Positions 1 to 8,965 are shown, counted from the first letter of the stretch. The stretch is 32,000 bases of DNA from Candidatus Heimdallarchaeota archaeon (GCA_030149205.1 JASBSB010000001.1:930001-962000), one strand, 5' to 3'. A program made the numbers and translations. The notes: generated by a model not told the origin, from the sequence alone.

Positions 1-90
1 ATCAAGGGTCAGGTTGACCGGTTAGTTACAGATGAGATCATCAGCAAGGATGACAGTCAAAAGCCTTACACGGTCACCCTTCTCTCTTAA
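1..90 (+). CDS. 3' end of a gene truncated by the window start (IKGQVDRLVTDEIISKDDSQKPYTVTLLS*)
   Basis: Frame 1 is open from base 1 to TAA at 88-90 and reads as protein-like sequence; too short to assign a function. Confidence 0.5.
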   Translation: MKGQVDRLVTDEIISKDDSQKPYTVTLLS

Positions 91-130
91 GGTAAGACAT
101 CTCCTTATATTCAGAGCTATTTTGTAAGTG

Positions 131-190
131 ATTCTTCCAGATATTTCCACATATTTCCACATATTTCCAGATTTTTCCAGATTTTTTTAC
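131..190. repeat. 10-bp tandem repeat, 6 degenerate copies (consensus ATATTTCCAG/C)
   Basis: attcttccag atatttccac atatttccac atatttccag atttttccag atttttttac, read directly at 131-190. Confidence 0.9.
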
Positions 191-205
191 TGCCTCCCAA
201 TAATA

Positions 206-213
206 TTTTTATA
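206..213 (+). promoter_or_regulatory. Putative archaeal TATA box for the 235..660 gene
   Basis: TTTTTATA lies 22-29 nt upstream of the ATG at 235, the spacing expected for a leaderless archaeal transcript. Confidence 0.4.
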
Positions 214-234
214 GCATTTTATCATACACAATTT

Positions 235-660
235 ATGAATCCCGAATCGGATGTTCCAACCTGTGAGAATTGTAACAAACCCATGATCGCTACCTTTTAC
301 AGGGGAAGAGATCAATCAGAGCGTGAGATTTCCAGTGTTTTTGTCTGTGAGACCTGCAATTTTGTGCTGAAATTAGAGACTGCTCCAGCAGTAAACAGCA
401 AGGAGTTTGAAAATGAATTAAGAGGTTTTGTCAAAGAAAACATTGCTTTGAAATCGCAGTTTATTGACCAGAACACAATTCATAGCCTGGAGATCACAAA
501 GCCATTACATCTCTTTAGGTACTTTGAAAGTTATATGAATGATCAGGACAGAGCTTTTAACATGCTCACTGAGTATTGCAGAGAGTCATTTAGGGAGAAC
601 CAACAACCCATGTTTACGGAACTTGACCCTGAAAGAATAGCTATATCGGTCACCATGTGA
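235..660 (+). CDS. Hypothetical protein with an N-terminal zinc ribbon
   Basis: Two CxxC pairs (CENC, CETC) in the first 41 aa; the rest is not recognised. Confidence 0.7.
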   Translation: MNPESDVPTCENCNKPMIATFYRGRDQSEREISSVFVCETCNFVLKLETAPAVNSKEFENELRGFVKENIALKSQFIDQNTIHSLEITKPLHLFRYFESYMNDQDRAFNMLTEYCRESFRENQQPMFTELDPERIAISVTM

Positions 661-745
661 TAGTTTTCAATAGAATTCATATTAGAGATTTTGTAACTTT
701 GTTTCAAAAGATTTAGAGTTTGGAAGAATAATTTATCCCATAGAC

Positions 746-1786
746 TCAAAGAATCTTGACTGTTGTACCCAGTCTATGGGATTCTCTTACTGCATCCAGC
801 ACCTGCTGATTCCTCCAGCCGTCAAGTAAAGATGGAGAGAGACTTGTAGATTTTGAAAGTGATAGGGAAAGTTGATCTAGCAGTTTTAAGAAGGGTGGAA
901 TCCTCCTGTCTGCTTCATTTGCCTCAAGCGTAAACTCATCTGGAACTGGCACTGGTTGAAAAGTACCTTCATCATCAGACAGAAGCACCTCTGATCCTCG
1001 TAACATGACTGTTCTATCACTACCCCCAACAATGATGGTGTTTTCGGGTGCATGAACCAATGTGGCTGTGACAACCATGTGACCTGTTGCACCATTTTCC
1101 ATGGTGAAATCTGCAAAGAAGCCATCATCCGCTGTGACTCTGTGTAATACACCACTGGTGTCTTTTCGGTGGGATGTTCTGGTGAAGACCTTCCCCTGCA
1201 CCTCGACCATGTCCATCATGGTACTTGCCCTGACCTGATCAATAAGGTGAGACCCAAGTGCACCGAGTATACCACCATCATATTTACTGTTCCAAAGCCA
1301 TCCAAATGGGGGTCGTTCAGTGCTGTGGGCGAAGTTCATGTAAGAGTTTACATAGACCTCCTGAATATCACCTATGCTTTCCTGTACAAGCTTGGACAGT
1401 AGTCTTCTCTCAGGAACCCATCTGAACTCATGGCAGAGCATTCCAACCAGACCTCTCTCCTCAGCCATAAGAAGCAACTCTCTTGCCTGTAATGCTGTGC
1501 TCGTTGTGGGTTTTTCAAGAAGCAGGTGTTTTCCACTCTTTAGCACCTTTTTTGCCATCTCATAATGGTGGTACGGTGGAGTGCTGACTGTGATTACCTC
1601 AGCATCAGACGTGAGGAGGTCTCTCCAATTTGTGGTGTATGAGATGTCGTGTTCCTCTGCAATTTTCCTAGTTTTCTCAGGGTTTCTTCCTGCGATAGCT
1701 GTGACCTCAAAATCTGGGTGATGTTTTAGAGCTGGTAGATGTACTCTTGCTCCAAATCCGGTTCCGATGATTGCAACCTTTGTCAT
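746..1786 (-). CDS. Gfo/Idh/MocA family NAD(P)-dependent oxidoreductase
   Basis: Rossmann motif KVAIIGTGFG, STPPYHH, GKHLLLEKP, and GGILGALGSHLIDQ. Start moved to ATG 1786 (MTKVAII) because the family starts there. Confidence 0.92.
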   Translation of the reverse strand: MTKVAIIGTGFGARVHLPALKHHPDFEVTAIAGRNPEKTRKIAEEHDISYTTNWRDLLTSDAEVITVSTPPYHHYEMAKKVLKSGKHLLLEKPTTSTALQARELLLMAEERGLVGMLCHEFRWVPERRLLSKLVQESIGDIQEVYVNSYMNFAHSTERPPFGWLWNSKYDGGILGALGSHLIDQVRASTMMDMVEVQGKVFTRTSHRKDTSGVLHRVTADDGFFADFTMENGATGHMVVTATLVHAPENTIIVGGSDRTVMLRGSEVLLSDDEGTFQPVPVPDEFTLEANEADRRIPPFLKLLDQLSLSLSKSTSLSPSLLDGWRNQQVLDAVRESHRLGTTVKIL

Positions 1787-1910
1787 GAGCTGAGATTGTA
1801 GCTCTCCTTTATACCTTTTTGGAATTGGGTAAATCAAGAATCATCTTGACCAGTTTTTGTTTCTGCAATGAGATACGTTGGACACGAAATGAAAAGAAAC
1901 GAGGCAAGCA

Positions 1911-2717
1911 TCACACAAGTATGTCAAGAACATCCTGTAGAAAGAGTGTTATGAGTTCCTTTTTTGTGGCCGATTGTTGGGTTTCATCGACAAAAATCTG
2001 TTCGAGTGATTCGGGAGAGAGGTCCCCTATCATCTGGTGAGTCAGCCCATGGTTGTAGAAGAGTCTGGCATCAGGGAACACAGCTCTTTCGGGAGGATTA
2101 ACGACACCATCATTATCTGAGTATAGGATGTATCTCCTGGCTCTAACCACCTCTTCATCAATGATGATTTTCTCAGCCAGCTCATGAAGAAGGGTGTCTT
2201 TTTTCAGGCCAAGCAACAGGGTAAAAAGAGTACCAAGGAGGTACACACCCTTCTTGATCTCTTTTTCAGCTGTCTGCGAGATCAACAGGGTTGCTGCTGT
2301 TGAAAGAAGTGGAAGTGTCTTTTGAGCTATTCCTGCCAGATGTGACCCATTGATCGCTGGGGCTAGCATAAAGTGATATATTTTGGGGAGGTGTCCATTC
2401 ATGGTATCCAGCACTTTTAAAGCATCTTCAACCAAAACACTCCCGGTTGAGTAACTGAAAAATACTAATGGTTCATACTGAGCAATCGTCTCCTGAATAA
2501 TTGGTTGAATCTGTTTTACGACCTCTGCCACGATGTCTTCATAATGACGCAGGTCAAGGAGGTCTGTTAATTTTTGAGAAATGGTCGCATCCTGTTGCCA
2601 AGAGATTGAGGCTACTGAAATTGTTTTGGGTAATTCGGTTGCACTGAGCACCATCTCGACATTTTTTCTGAAGTCAGAAGAAGGCTGTCCCCAGGCGGAT
2701 GCGCATAAAACTCTCAT
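1911..2717 (-). CDS. Divergent lipase-like alpha/beta hydrolase
   Basis: Nucleophile-elbow-like FFSYSTG, MLAPAINGS (lipase-type strand plus P-x-x-G-S), YSDNDGVV (Asp) and LTHQMI (His). Confidence 0.6.
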   Translation of the reverse strand: MRVLCASAWGQPSSDFRKNVEMVLSATELPKTISVASISWQQDATISQKLTDLLDLRHYEDIVAEVVKQIQPIIQETIAQYEPLVFFSYSTGSVLVEDALKVLDTMNGHLPKIYHFMLAPAINGSHLAGIAQKTLPLLSTAATLLISQTAEKEIKKGVYLLGTLFTLLLGLKKDTLLHELAEKIIIDEEVVRARRYILYSDNDGVVNPPERAVFPDARLFYNHGLTHQMIGDLSPESLEQIFVDETQQSATKKELITLFLQDVLDILV

Positions 2718-2980
2718 AGGATAATCTGTAATGATTCAAAGATTAAAAAAATTGCTTTTGGGGAGTTTTCACCTCATCTCCCTTCATATTGTGACTGTGC
2801 CCTCCATCTTTGGTTGAGCGCTCTCAATCTCGATTGAGAAATCAATTTCTTGATTTTCATTATCCCAGCAAAGTTATTTCGTATTTTGATGTAGGAACCT
2901 GTTGAAGCGAATCAACATCTGAAAGAACAAAAAATTTGCAAGTGGGGATACTATCCAACTGTTTAATGTCACCCAAGGTC

Positions 2981-3028
2981 TTGCTGATATTCAACTTTGC
3001 TGATATTCATCTTCGCGGATATTCAACT
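2981..3028. repeat. 16-bp tandem repeat, 3 copies
   Basis: ttgctgatattcaact / ttgctgatattcatct / tcgcggatattcaact. Confidence 0.85.
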
Positions 3029-3183
3029 GTGTCATTAGAGAAACCAACTGCCTGATTAAGGTATCCATCAGTTTGGGGACATCTCCTACCCTGATGAAAC
3101 CAAGCAGTTAGGTGTTTCCTGTAGGTTTCAAATAAATGGTTTAGCCAAGATATGTTTAAATTGTGATATCACCTTCATTGCAT

Positions 3184-3852
3184 ATGGGTACATTTACAAA
3201 GATCAGGGAAGACCCACCCCTTCCCACCTACGTTTCCAAGCCAGAGGGGGCTGGCCCGTTTCCAACAATCTTTTTGTTTATGCATGCACATGGTGTGGAT
3301 AGCTCCCAGCAAAAGGTCTGTGATGATCTAGCTGCTGCAGGTTATGCTGCCATAGCAGGAGATGCATATCAGGAGGGGAAATTCAATTTCCAAACACAAA
3401 CTGATGAGTTAATATTTGACACCTTTGACTTTGTCTACAACTGGGGTAAGTCCCAAAAATTTGTTGATACCTCACGGATGGGATTAATTGGCTTTTGTAT
3501 GGGTGGTAGACATTCTTACCTTGCGAATGTGAAATATCCAGACTTTAAAGCTGTGGTCTCTTATTATGGGTTCCCACATCGTGGGAAGACTCCTGAATCC
3601 ACACCTATGAATCTGATTGAAAAGTTCCATGCACCTGTCTTAAGCATCTTTGGAGAGCTTGATCAGGGGATTCCAGTTGAGGTGGTTGAGGAGTACAGGT
3701 CAAAGAGTGAAAAACATGGACATCAAACCATCCTCTATGAAGGTGTTGGTCATGGCTTTCTTAACCCTGATTCTCGGAATCATCTTCCTGATGTTTCTGC
3801 CAAGGCATGGAAGGAGACCCTGAAACATTTTAACACTCATATTAAATCTTAG
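3184..3852 (+). CDS. Dienelactone hydrolase family protein
   Basis: GLIGFCMGG Cys nucleophile elbow, FGELDQGIP (Asp), YEGVGHGFLN (His) and the AWKETLKHF ending. ATG 3184 preferred; GTG 3163 possible. Confidence 0.92.
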   Translation: MGTFTKIREDPPLPTYVSKPEGAGPFPTIFLFMHAHGVDSSQQKVCDDLAAAGYAAIAGDAYQEGKFNFQTQTDELIFDTFDFVYNWGKSQKFVDTSRMGLIGFCMGGRHSYLANVKYPDFKAVVSYYGFPHRGKTPESTPMNLIEKFHAPVLSIFGELDQGIPVEVVEEYRSKSEKHGHQTILYEGVGHGFLNPDSRNHLPDVSAKAWKETLKHFNTHIKS

Positions 3853-3965
3853 CTGAACCAAGTATTTTCTCCTTATTCATGAGTTGATCCAATTCCTGAA
3901 GATTTATCCTGGTTGGAAATGCTTGTGAAAGGGGAAATTGTTCTCATTTCACATGTGTTTGACAT

Positions 3966-4069
3966 TTTAAATCCTCTTCTGATTACTGATTTGGGTTTAG
4001 ATTGGCTCAAGACCTCCTTCAAAAGATTAAGAGGGGAGACTTTAAATCCTATTCTGATTGCTGATTTGG
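3966..4069. repeat. Pair of 29-bp direct repeats (27/29 identical) with a 46-bp spacer
   Basis: tttaaatcctcttctgattactgatttgg at 3966-3994 and tttaaatcctattctgattgctgatttgg at 4041-4069. Confidence 0.85.
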
Positions 4070-4079
4070 TGGTGTGTAT

Positions 4080-4730
4080 TCATTTAGTATACAAGACAAA
4101 ATACTGTGTCTCTTCATGATCAATAAATGTTGTGACATTTCTGTACATAGATACAAAAGTCATCCCCAGAGAATCCAAAGTTTTTAGATACCAATCAACA
4201 GGAAAGTTTGACCAATACATCTGGTCTGCACCGAGCCAATCATCCTCAGTGCCCTCCCAGTTACTTAGATGACAGGTAAACAGAAATGGTGCATCTGGTT
4301 TCAGTATTCTTTGGATTTCAACTAGCAGCTCCAGATGTCTCACCCGAGGGAGATGAAAGATGGAAAACATTGCAACAACTCCTCCAAAACTTGAGGGAGC
4401 AGAAGTTTTGCAGAATTCAAGCATCTCTGCCTCTTTGAATCTTTGCCTGGACTTTGGGTGAAGTGACTGAGCAAGATTGACCTGAGTTGTTGACAGATCA
4501 ATACCGAGGTAGTCAAACCCTGAGTTAATGAGATCCTCGGCGATCGGTCTTCCATTTCCAAAACCAAGTTCCAGAACATTTTCTTTGATCTTTGTTTTGA
4601 ACAGATGGTAGATAGACATCTCAGTTCTGGTAAGATCAATATACTTCTGATGGTTGACTCCTGCCTTATTATATCCAACCCTTACAGTTTCCATGGGGTC
4701 TCTGTCCATATTGATGCTTTGATTTTCCAA
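4080..4730 (-). CDS. Class I SAM-dependent methyltransferase
   Basis: Motif I VLELGFGNG, YLGIDLS, FGGVVAMFSIFHLP and ILKPDAPFLFT. Confidence 0.9.
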   Translation of the reverse strand: MENQSINMDRDPMETVRVGYNKAGVNHQKYIDLTRTEMSIYHLFKTKIKENVLELGFGNGRPIAEDLINSGFDYLGIDLSTTQVNLAQSLHPKSRQRFKEAEMLEFCKTSAPSSFGGVVAMFSIFHLPRVRHLELLVEIQRILKPDAPFLFTCHLSNWEGTEDDWLGADQMYWSNFPVDWYLKTLDSLGMTFVSMYRNVTTFIDHEETQYFVLYTK

Positions 4731-4922
4731 ATATTAAAGTCTAGATTATTGAATGAAGAATCTCTACCTAAGAAGATGAAAGCTGCTGGCTATTCCTAAA
4801 TTAATTTTAAACAATGGTTGAATAGTCATTTAGTATTTTTTTTTGAGAAGAGAATAATCTGGGACTCAGTTAAATTTAAGTGGTTAAGAATCCTAAAAGC
4901 TCAGGTTTGAATCTAAGAAAAA

Positions 4923-5549
4923 CTAATCAGGGGTTAAATACCCTGTAATGGTATCTACGCCTTCAGAAATTTCCCCAAAAAATTTGACAGAGACACCGTT
5001 AAGATTCTGGATATCTCGAACAGTCTCCTTCCCAAAAATCGAATAATACTCCTCAACCTGCTGTTGTGATACTTTTTGAAGCTGATTTAGGATAATCCAA
5101 GTGACTCCTTCAGTGTGGGGTTCAGTTGTTAAAGACCCAGAATAAACAAAGTATCCCCTGCGAGTGTCAAGTAGATTGCTAGGGTTTAGAATAAATGATT
5201 TGCCCTCTTTGAATGCTTCTAAAGCAGGGGTCAAGATATGATTTGTCTCTCCAGTGTCAAAAAGACTTGCGATTACCAGCAGGTCACCACCCGTGTTTGA
5301 ATGAACAAAATGAGCAGTTAGTGGAAATCTCAAACCGTTAAAGGTGTGTTCAGCACTGGTGTGAAGATGAAATTGGACGAGCCTATACTTACATTTATTC
5401 CAATTAATAAAAGATTCAGCATCAGTAAAGTTTAGTAGAGTCCATCCTGTATTCTCGGGATAGAATTCACTCTCACGGTAAGCGATTGAGGGAGGTGCAA
5501 TATTCGTATAATCTAAAGAATCAGAGCCTATGTCAATCGGAGACTGCAC
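4923..5549 (-). CDS. Alpha-class carbonic anhydrase, N-terminally short, no signal peptide
   Basis: QSPIDI, QFHLH, AEH, AHFVH, YSGSLTT, EGVTWII and RDIQ match the alpha-CA motifs in order. GTG start with an in-frame TAA four codons upstream. Confidence 0.9.
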   Translation of the reverse strand: MQSPIDIGSDSLDYTNIAPPSIAYRESEFYPENTGWTLLNFTDAESFINWNKCKYRLVQFHLHTSAEHTFNGLRFPLTAHFVHSNTGGDLLVIASLFDTGETNHILTPALEAFKEGKSFILNPSNLLDTRRGYFVYSGSLTTEPHTEGVTWIILNQLQKVSQQQVEEYYSIFGKETVRDIQNLNGVSVKFFGEISEGVDTITGYLTPD

Positions 5550-5780
5550 AGGTTGATTTTAAACTTTATTTAGTTAAAGTTTATTAAAGTGAATCTGTTC
5601 GATCTCACATCACATATCCGCAAGAATTACAATCGAGGAGAGAAGCATCACCGGTGACCTTGTAGATCAAATTTCAGTAAATGATGAATAAAAAGTATAG
5701 GTACAATTTCTATAGCATGTTATAATTTAGATTATCAGTTAGTAAATATATTTTATACCCCCATATATAATTGATAAAAC

Positions 5781-6056
5781 ATGTTAGCAGAACAAGTTTA
5801 TTCAAAAGAGATGATTGATGAATTCTCTGAGTTTATCAAATCATTTGATTCTGAGTACGGGGCCGAGATGGCGAACTGTAACTTAGATGGATATGACCTA
5901 TTGGTTGAGCTTAGAGGCATCACCAAGGGTGAAGAGGTCATACCTGCAATTAAAAATTTCTACAATGAGACTGCTGATGAGTTGGAAGCATGTTTCCCAG
6001 AGGCGTTTGATTCTTTGTATGATGTGTTAGTGAAATATAATTTAGCAGAAAATTAA
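5781..6056 (+). CDS. Small acidic hypothetical protein
   Basis: 91-aa ATG ORF filling the gap between two minus-strand genes; 21 D/E versus 6 K/R by hand count. Confidence 0.7.
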   Translation: MLAEQVYSKEMIDEFSEFIKSFDSEYGAEMANCNLDGYDLLVELRGITKGEEVIPAIKNFYNETADELEACFPEAFDSLYDVLVKYNLAEN

Positions 6057-6179
6057 AATTTATAGGTTAAGGAAATCTACCAAATTCGGTGTAAACCGTT
6101 TGTAATTTCGATGGGAAAGTGGAGAATAGGATGACTGTTTCAATAATAATAGAATAATTCGGTTCACTATTGTTTTGAT

Positions 6180-7004
6180 TCATTCCTGACTTCTCGGATC
6201 CCAACCAGTTACCAAGCCTTCTTCCCAGGATTCCATCTCTTTCAGGTCAACGTCATTGAGAGAAAAATCAAAAACATCAGCATTTTCCTTGATCCTCTCC
6301 TGCTTGCTGGTCTTTGGGATAGCAACAGCCTTGCTTTGCAACACCCAACGGATCAGTATTTGTGCGGGTGTTTTGTTGTATTTCTTGGCAATAGCAATCA
6401 ACCTTTGATCATTCAGTCTTTTTCCCTTGGTTAGAGGGCTATACCCCTCGAAGACTATCTTTTCCTTGTTGCAATATTCTCTAAGCTCCTTATGCTGCAG
6501 ATAGGGAGAAAATTCGACCTGGTTAACCGTGGGCATTTCATAACCATGTTCCTTTAGTTCCTCAAGATGTTTGATCATATAATTTGAGACCCCTATAGAT
6601 TTGGTGAAACCCTTATCTCTCAGCTTGATAAGCTCTTCCCATGCCTTTAGTCTGCTCTCTTTCACTGGCCAGTGTAAAAGGATCAGATCCACAGATTGGA
6701 CTTTTAGCTTTTTAAGACTCTCTTTTATGGAATCTCGTGTTCTGGTCTGATTGGCATTCCAAACCTTTGTCGTCAGGTAGATTTCCCCCCTTGGAACCTT
6801 CAACTCAGACATTGCTTCACCAATTGCTGCCTCATTCTGGTAAATTTGAGCAGTGTCAAATAACCGGTATCCTTCCTTGTAAGCCCATTTAACGATGTTT
6901 TTCACCTCTTTTGAGCCAGTCCTGTAAAATCCCATTCCAAAAACTGGGATGGAAGTTCCATCAGACAGTTGAAACCTGCTGTTAATATCAAACTCTTTCT
7001 GCAT
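6180..7004 (-). CDS. Aldo/keto reductase (2,5-diketo-D-gluconate reductase-like)
   Basis: FDTAQIY, TTKVW, DLILLHWP, SIGVSNY, NQVEFSP, YSPL, AQILIRW and IPKTS. Confidence 0.95.
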   Translation of the reverse strand: MQKEFDINSRFQLSDGTSIPVFGMGFYRTGSKEVKNIVKWAYKEGYRLFDTAQIYQNEAAIGEAMSELKVPRGEIYLTTKVWNANQTRTRDSIKESLKKLKVQSVDLILLHWPVKESRLKAWEELIKLRDKGFTKSIGVSNYMIKHLEELKEHGYEMPTVNQVEFSPYLQHKELREYCNKEKIVFEGYSPLTKGKRLNDQRLIAIAKKYNKTPAQILIRWVLQSKAVAIPKTSKQERIKENADVFDFSLNDVDLKEMESWEEGLVTGWDPRSQE

Positions 7005-7312
7005 GTGATTCTATCCTTTGTCATTAGAAACTTAAATCATCTGATGTAAGCAATATATTTGGAGAAACATTGTAATATTGAAATAAATAGAGAGCCGATG
7101 CACACCTCAACAAATTTTTGATATCCATTGATAATTTATAATTCAGTTTAAACAGCTTGATGATATATAGTGCTTTAACTCATAATCAAGTCAAATATTA
7201 TCTTCGAATTTTTTATGATTTTTACAGTCCTTCTGTGAATTCTTACTACTATTTAAATTGTTTTGATGATGGTTAAGGTATGAATTATGCACCAGCTGCA
7301 GGGGAGGTAGAA

Positions 7313-8056
7313 ATGAGGAATCAACAAAACACTCGAAGGTATCAGATACTGATCTTTGCATTGTTGATCCCTAATCTGATGTTAATAGTATTTTATACCA
7401 ATCCTAAACTTCCAAATCTTGAATTAATCTTATCAATAGCGAATATTTTTTCCATCCTTCTGTTGATTTATGTGTTAATTTCACCAAAATTGACCACATC
7501 TATTGATACATATTCCGATCCTGAAACTCTTAAATTGGACGTAAAGTATGGAGTAAAGTCCTATTTTGAGCCTTTTAATGAAATACAGCTGTTGACTATT
7601 TTTGTTTATACCTCAATTTTTTTGGTTTTGATCTACGAGGGAATGATCCTGACCTCTCAGTTCTTAAAAATTGCAGAGAAACCATTTTCCCTCATAACAA
7701 TACCTCTAATCACACTCATTATGGGGATCCTGTTCAGCAGATTTAGAATATGGACCGAAAATGATGTGATTCGAGGAAGCCTAGGTATTTGGTTTCCTAA
7801 GTTTAAACCTGAAGATATTGAATCTGTTGAGATCATAAAGATTCAGGCTCTAAGAGATTTTGGGGGGTATGGAATAAGGTTTGGTAAAAATAAGACTATT
7901 GGATATATCACAGGCACACCTTACGGATTACGTATTCAACGTAAATCTGGAAGAAACTATGTCCTTTCAACAAATTATCCAGATCTTCTCCTTCAGAGTC
8001 TAGTCAACACAAAGCGCAACAATGAACAAACCGAATCAAATAGTTCAGGAAAATAA
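7313..8056 (+). CDS. Membrane protein with a C-terminal GGYGIR-type soluble (possibly PH-like) domain
   Basis: About 4 hydrophobic segments, then FGGYGIRFG. ATG 7313 follows GGAGGT (7303-7308) and is preferred over 7280. Confidence 0.7.
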   Translation: MRNQQNTRRYQILIFALLIPNLMLIVFYTNPKLPNLELILSIANIFSILLLIYVLISPKLTTSIDTYSDPETLKLDVKYGVKSYFEPFNEIQLLTIFVYTSIFLVLIYEGMILTSQFLKIAEKPFSLITIPLITLIMGILFSRFRIWTENDVIRGSLGIWFPKFKPEDIESVEIIKIQALRDFGGYGIRFGKNKTIGYITGTPYGLRIQRKSGRNYVLSTNYPDLLLQSLVNTKRNNEQTESNSSGK

Positions 8057-8113
8057 TTCTATTTCGTTTAAATTTCGGAAACTATTTGATTAAGTAAGGT
8101 AAGAAAAAAGTGA

Positions 8114-8965
8114 ATGAGAACACAGATTGATGCCCTTGACACTTTCTCGAAAAGGGAGGTGTTATTCAAAGAGAAAACAGTTACCTACTATACCTCATTT
8201 GAAGAATCTTCAAAGGAGAAACCTTATATGGTATTTTTACATGGTTGGGTTGCTGATTCCTCAGCTTGGGCTTTAGTGGGTGAGAAGATAAAAGAAGAAT
8301 TAAATGTCGTTCTAGTGGATCTTCCTGGTCATGGTAAAAGTCAGGTACCAACTGACGAACTGCAAATAAGCTACATGGTTGATTCAGTTCATGAGGTCAT
8401 CCAACAACTGGGTACAAGGATTTTTTTAGTGGGTCATTCTATGGGTAGTGCAATTACACAGGCTTATGCCTTGAAATATCCAGAAAATTTACTCGGAATC
8501 GGTCTAGTTTCAACAACCCTTTCCTTCAGTACATTTATTCCTCCTCAGGTTATGGAGGTATTGATTCCACAGGGGAAAAAATGGTGGGAGTCTGTTGTAG
8601 AATCTACTTTGAAGAACTTCTCAAAAATAATATTCGGAGATAAATCCGGAGAGAACCGTCATTTACTGAATGCTGCAAGTCAGGTGATAATGCAGACTCC
8701 TGAAGAAGTCGTTGATCAGACCTACAGGAATATCATTTACGCATGGGATAACACAAAGGAGGCTGAAAACATTCAATTACCCACCTTGATTCTTGTTGGT
8801 AGCGATGATAGATTAACCCCCGTCTCTCAGGGTTTAAAGGTCTGTCAGAAGATTCCCCATGCTTATCTGAAGGAGATTGAGGGAACAAGTCACCACATTA
8901 CCTTGCTTAGACCAAATGAAGTTGTTGACAATATTCTTTACTTTTTTAGATGTGAACTGTTGTAA
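8114..8965 (+). CDS. Alpha/beta fold hydrolase (Abhydrolase_1/6 type)
   Basis: VFLHGW, DLPGHGKS, LVGHSMG, LVGSDDRLTP and GTSHH. Confidence 0.93.
   Translation: MRTQIDALDTFSKREVLFKEKTVTYYTSFEESSKEKPYMVFLHGWVADSSAWALVGEKIKEELNVVLVDLPGHGKSQVPTDELQISYMVDSVHEVIQQLGTRIFLVGHSMGSAITQAYALKYPENLLGIGLVSTTLSFSTFIPPQVMEVLIPQGKKWWESVVESTLKNFSKIIFGDKSGENRHLLNAASQVIMQTPEEVVDQTYRNIIYAWDNTKEAENIQLPTLILVGSDDRLTPVSQGLKVCQKIPHAYLKEIEGTSHHITLLRPNEVVDNILYFFRCELL

Noticed and set aside
543-1565. Short ORFs 543..749(-), 886..1155(-), 1169..1402(+) and 1374..1565(+)
   Set aside because: They overlap well-supported genes in other frames or antisense and have no motifs; shadow ORFs.
1819-2040. 73-aa plus-strand ORF
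   Set aside because: Antisense overlap with both neighbouring minus-strand genes; no motif.
3862-4082. Possible TGA readthrough of the methyltransferase (the frame stays open about 70 codons after the stop)
   Set aside because: The methyltransferase domain is already complete, the extension is not protein-like, and no SECIS-like hairpin was recognised.
3913-4119. 68-aa plus-strand ORF containing the 25-aa-period repeat
   Set aside because: TTG start, overlaps the methyltransferase 3' end, and the repeat differences are not at third codon positions; not listed as a CDS.
4340-4799. ORFs 4340..4678(-) and 4605..4799(+)
   Set aside because: Alternative-frame or antisense shadows of the methyltransferase.
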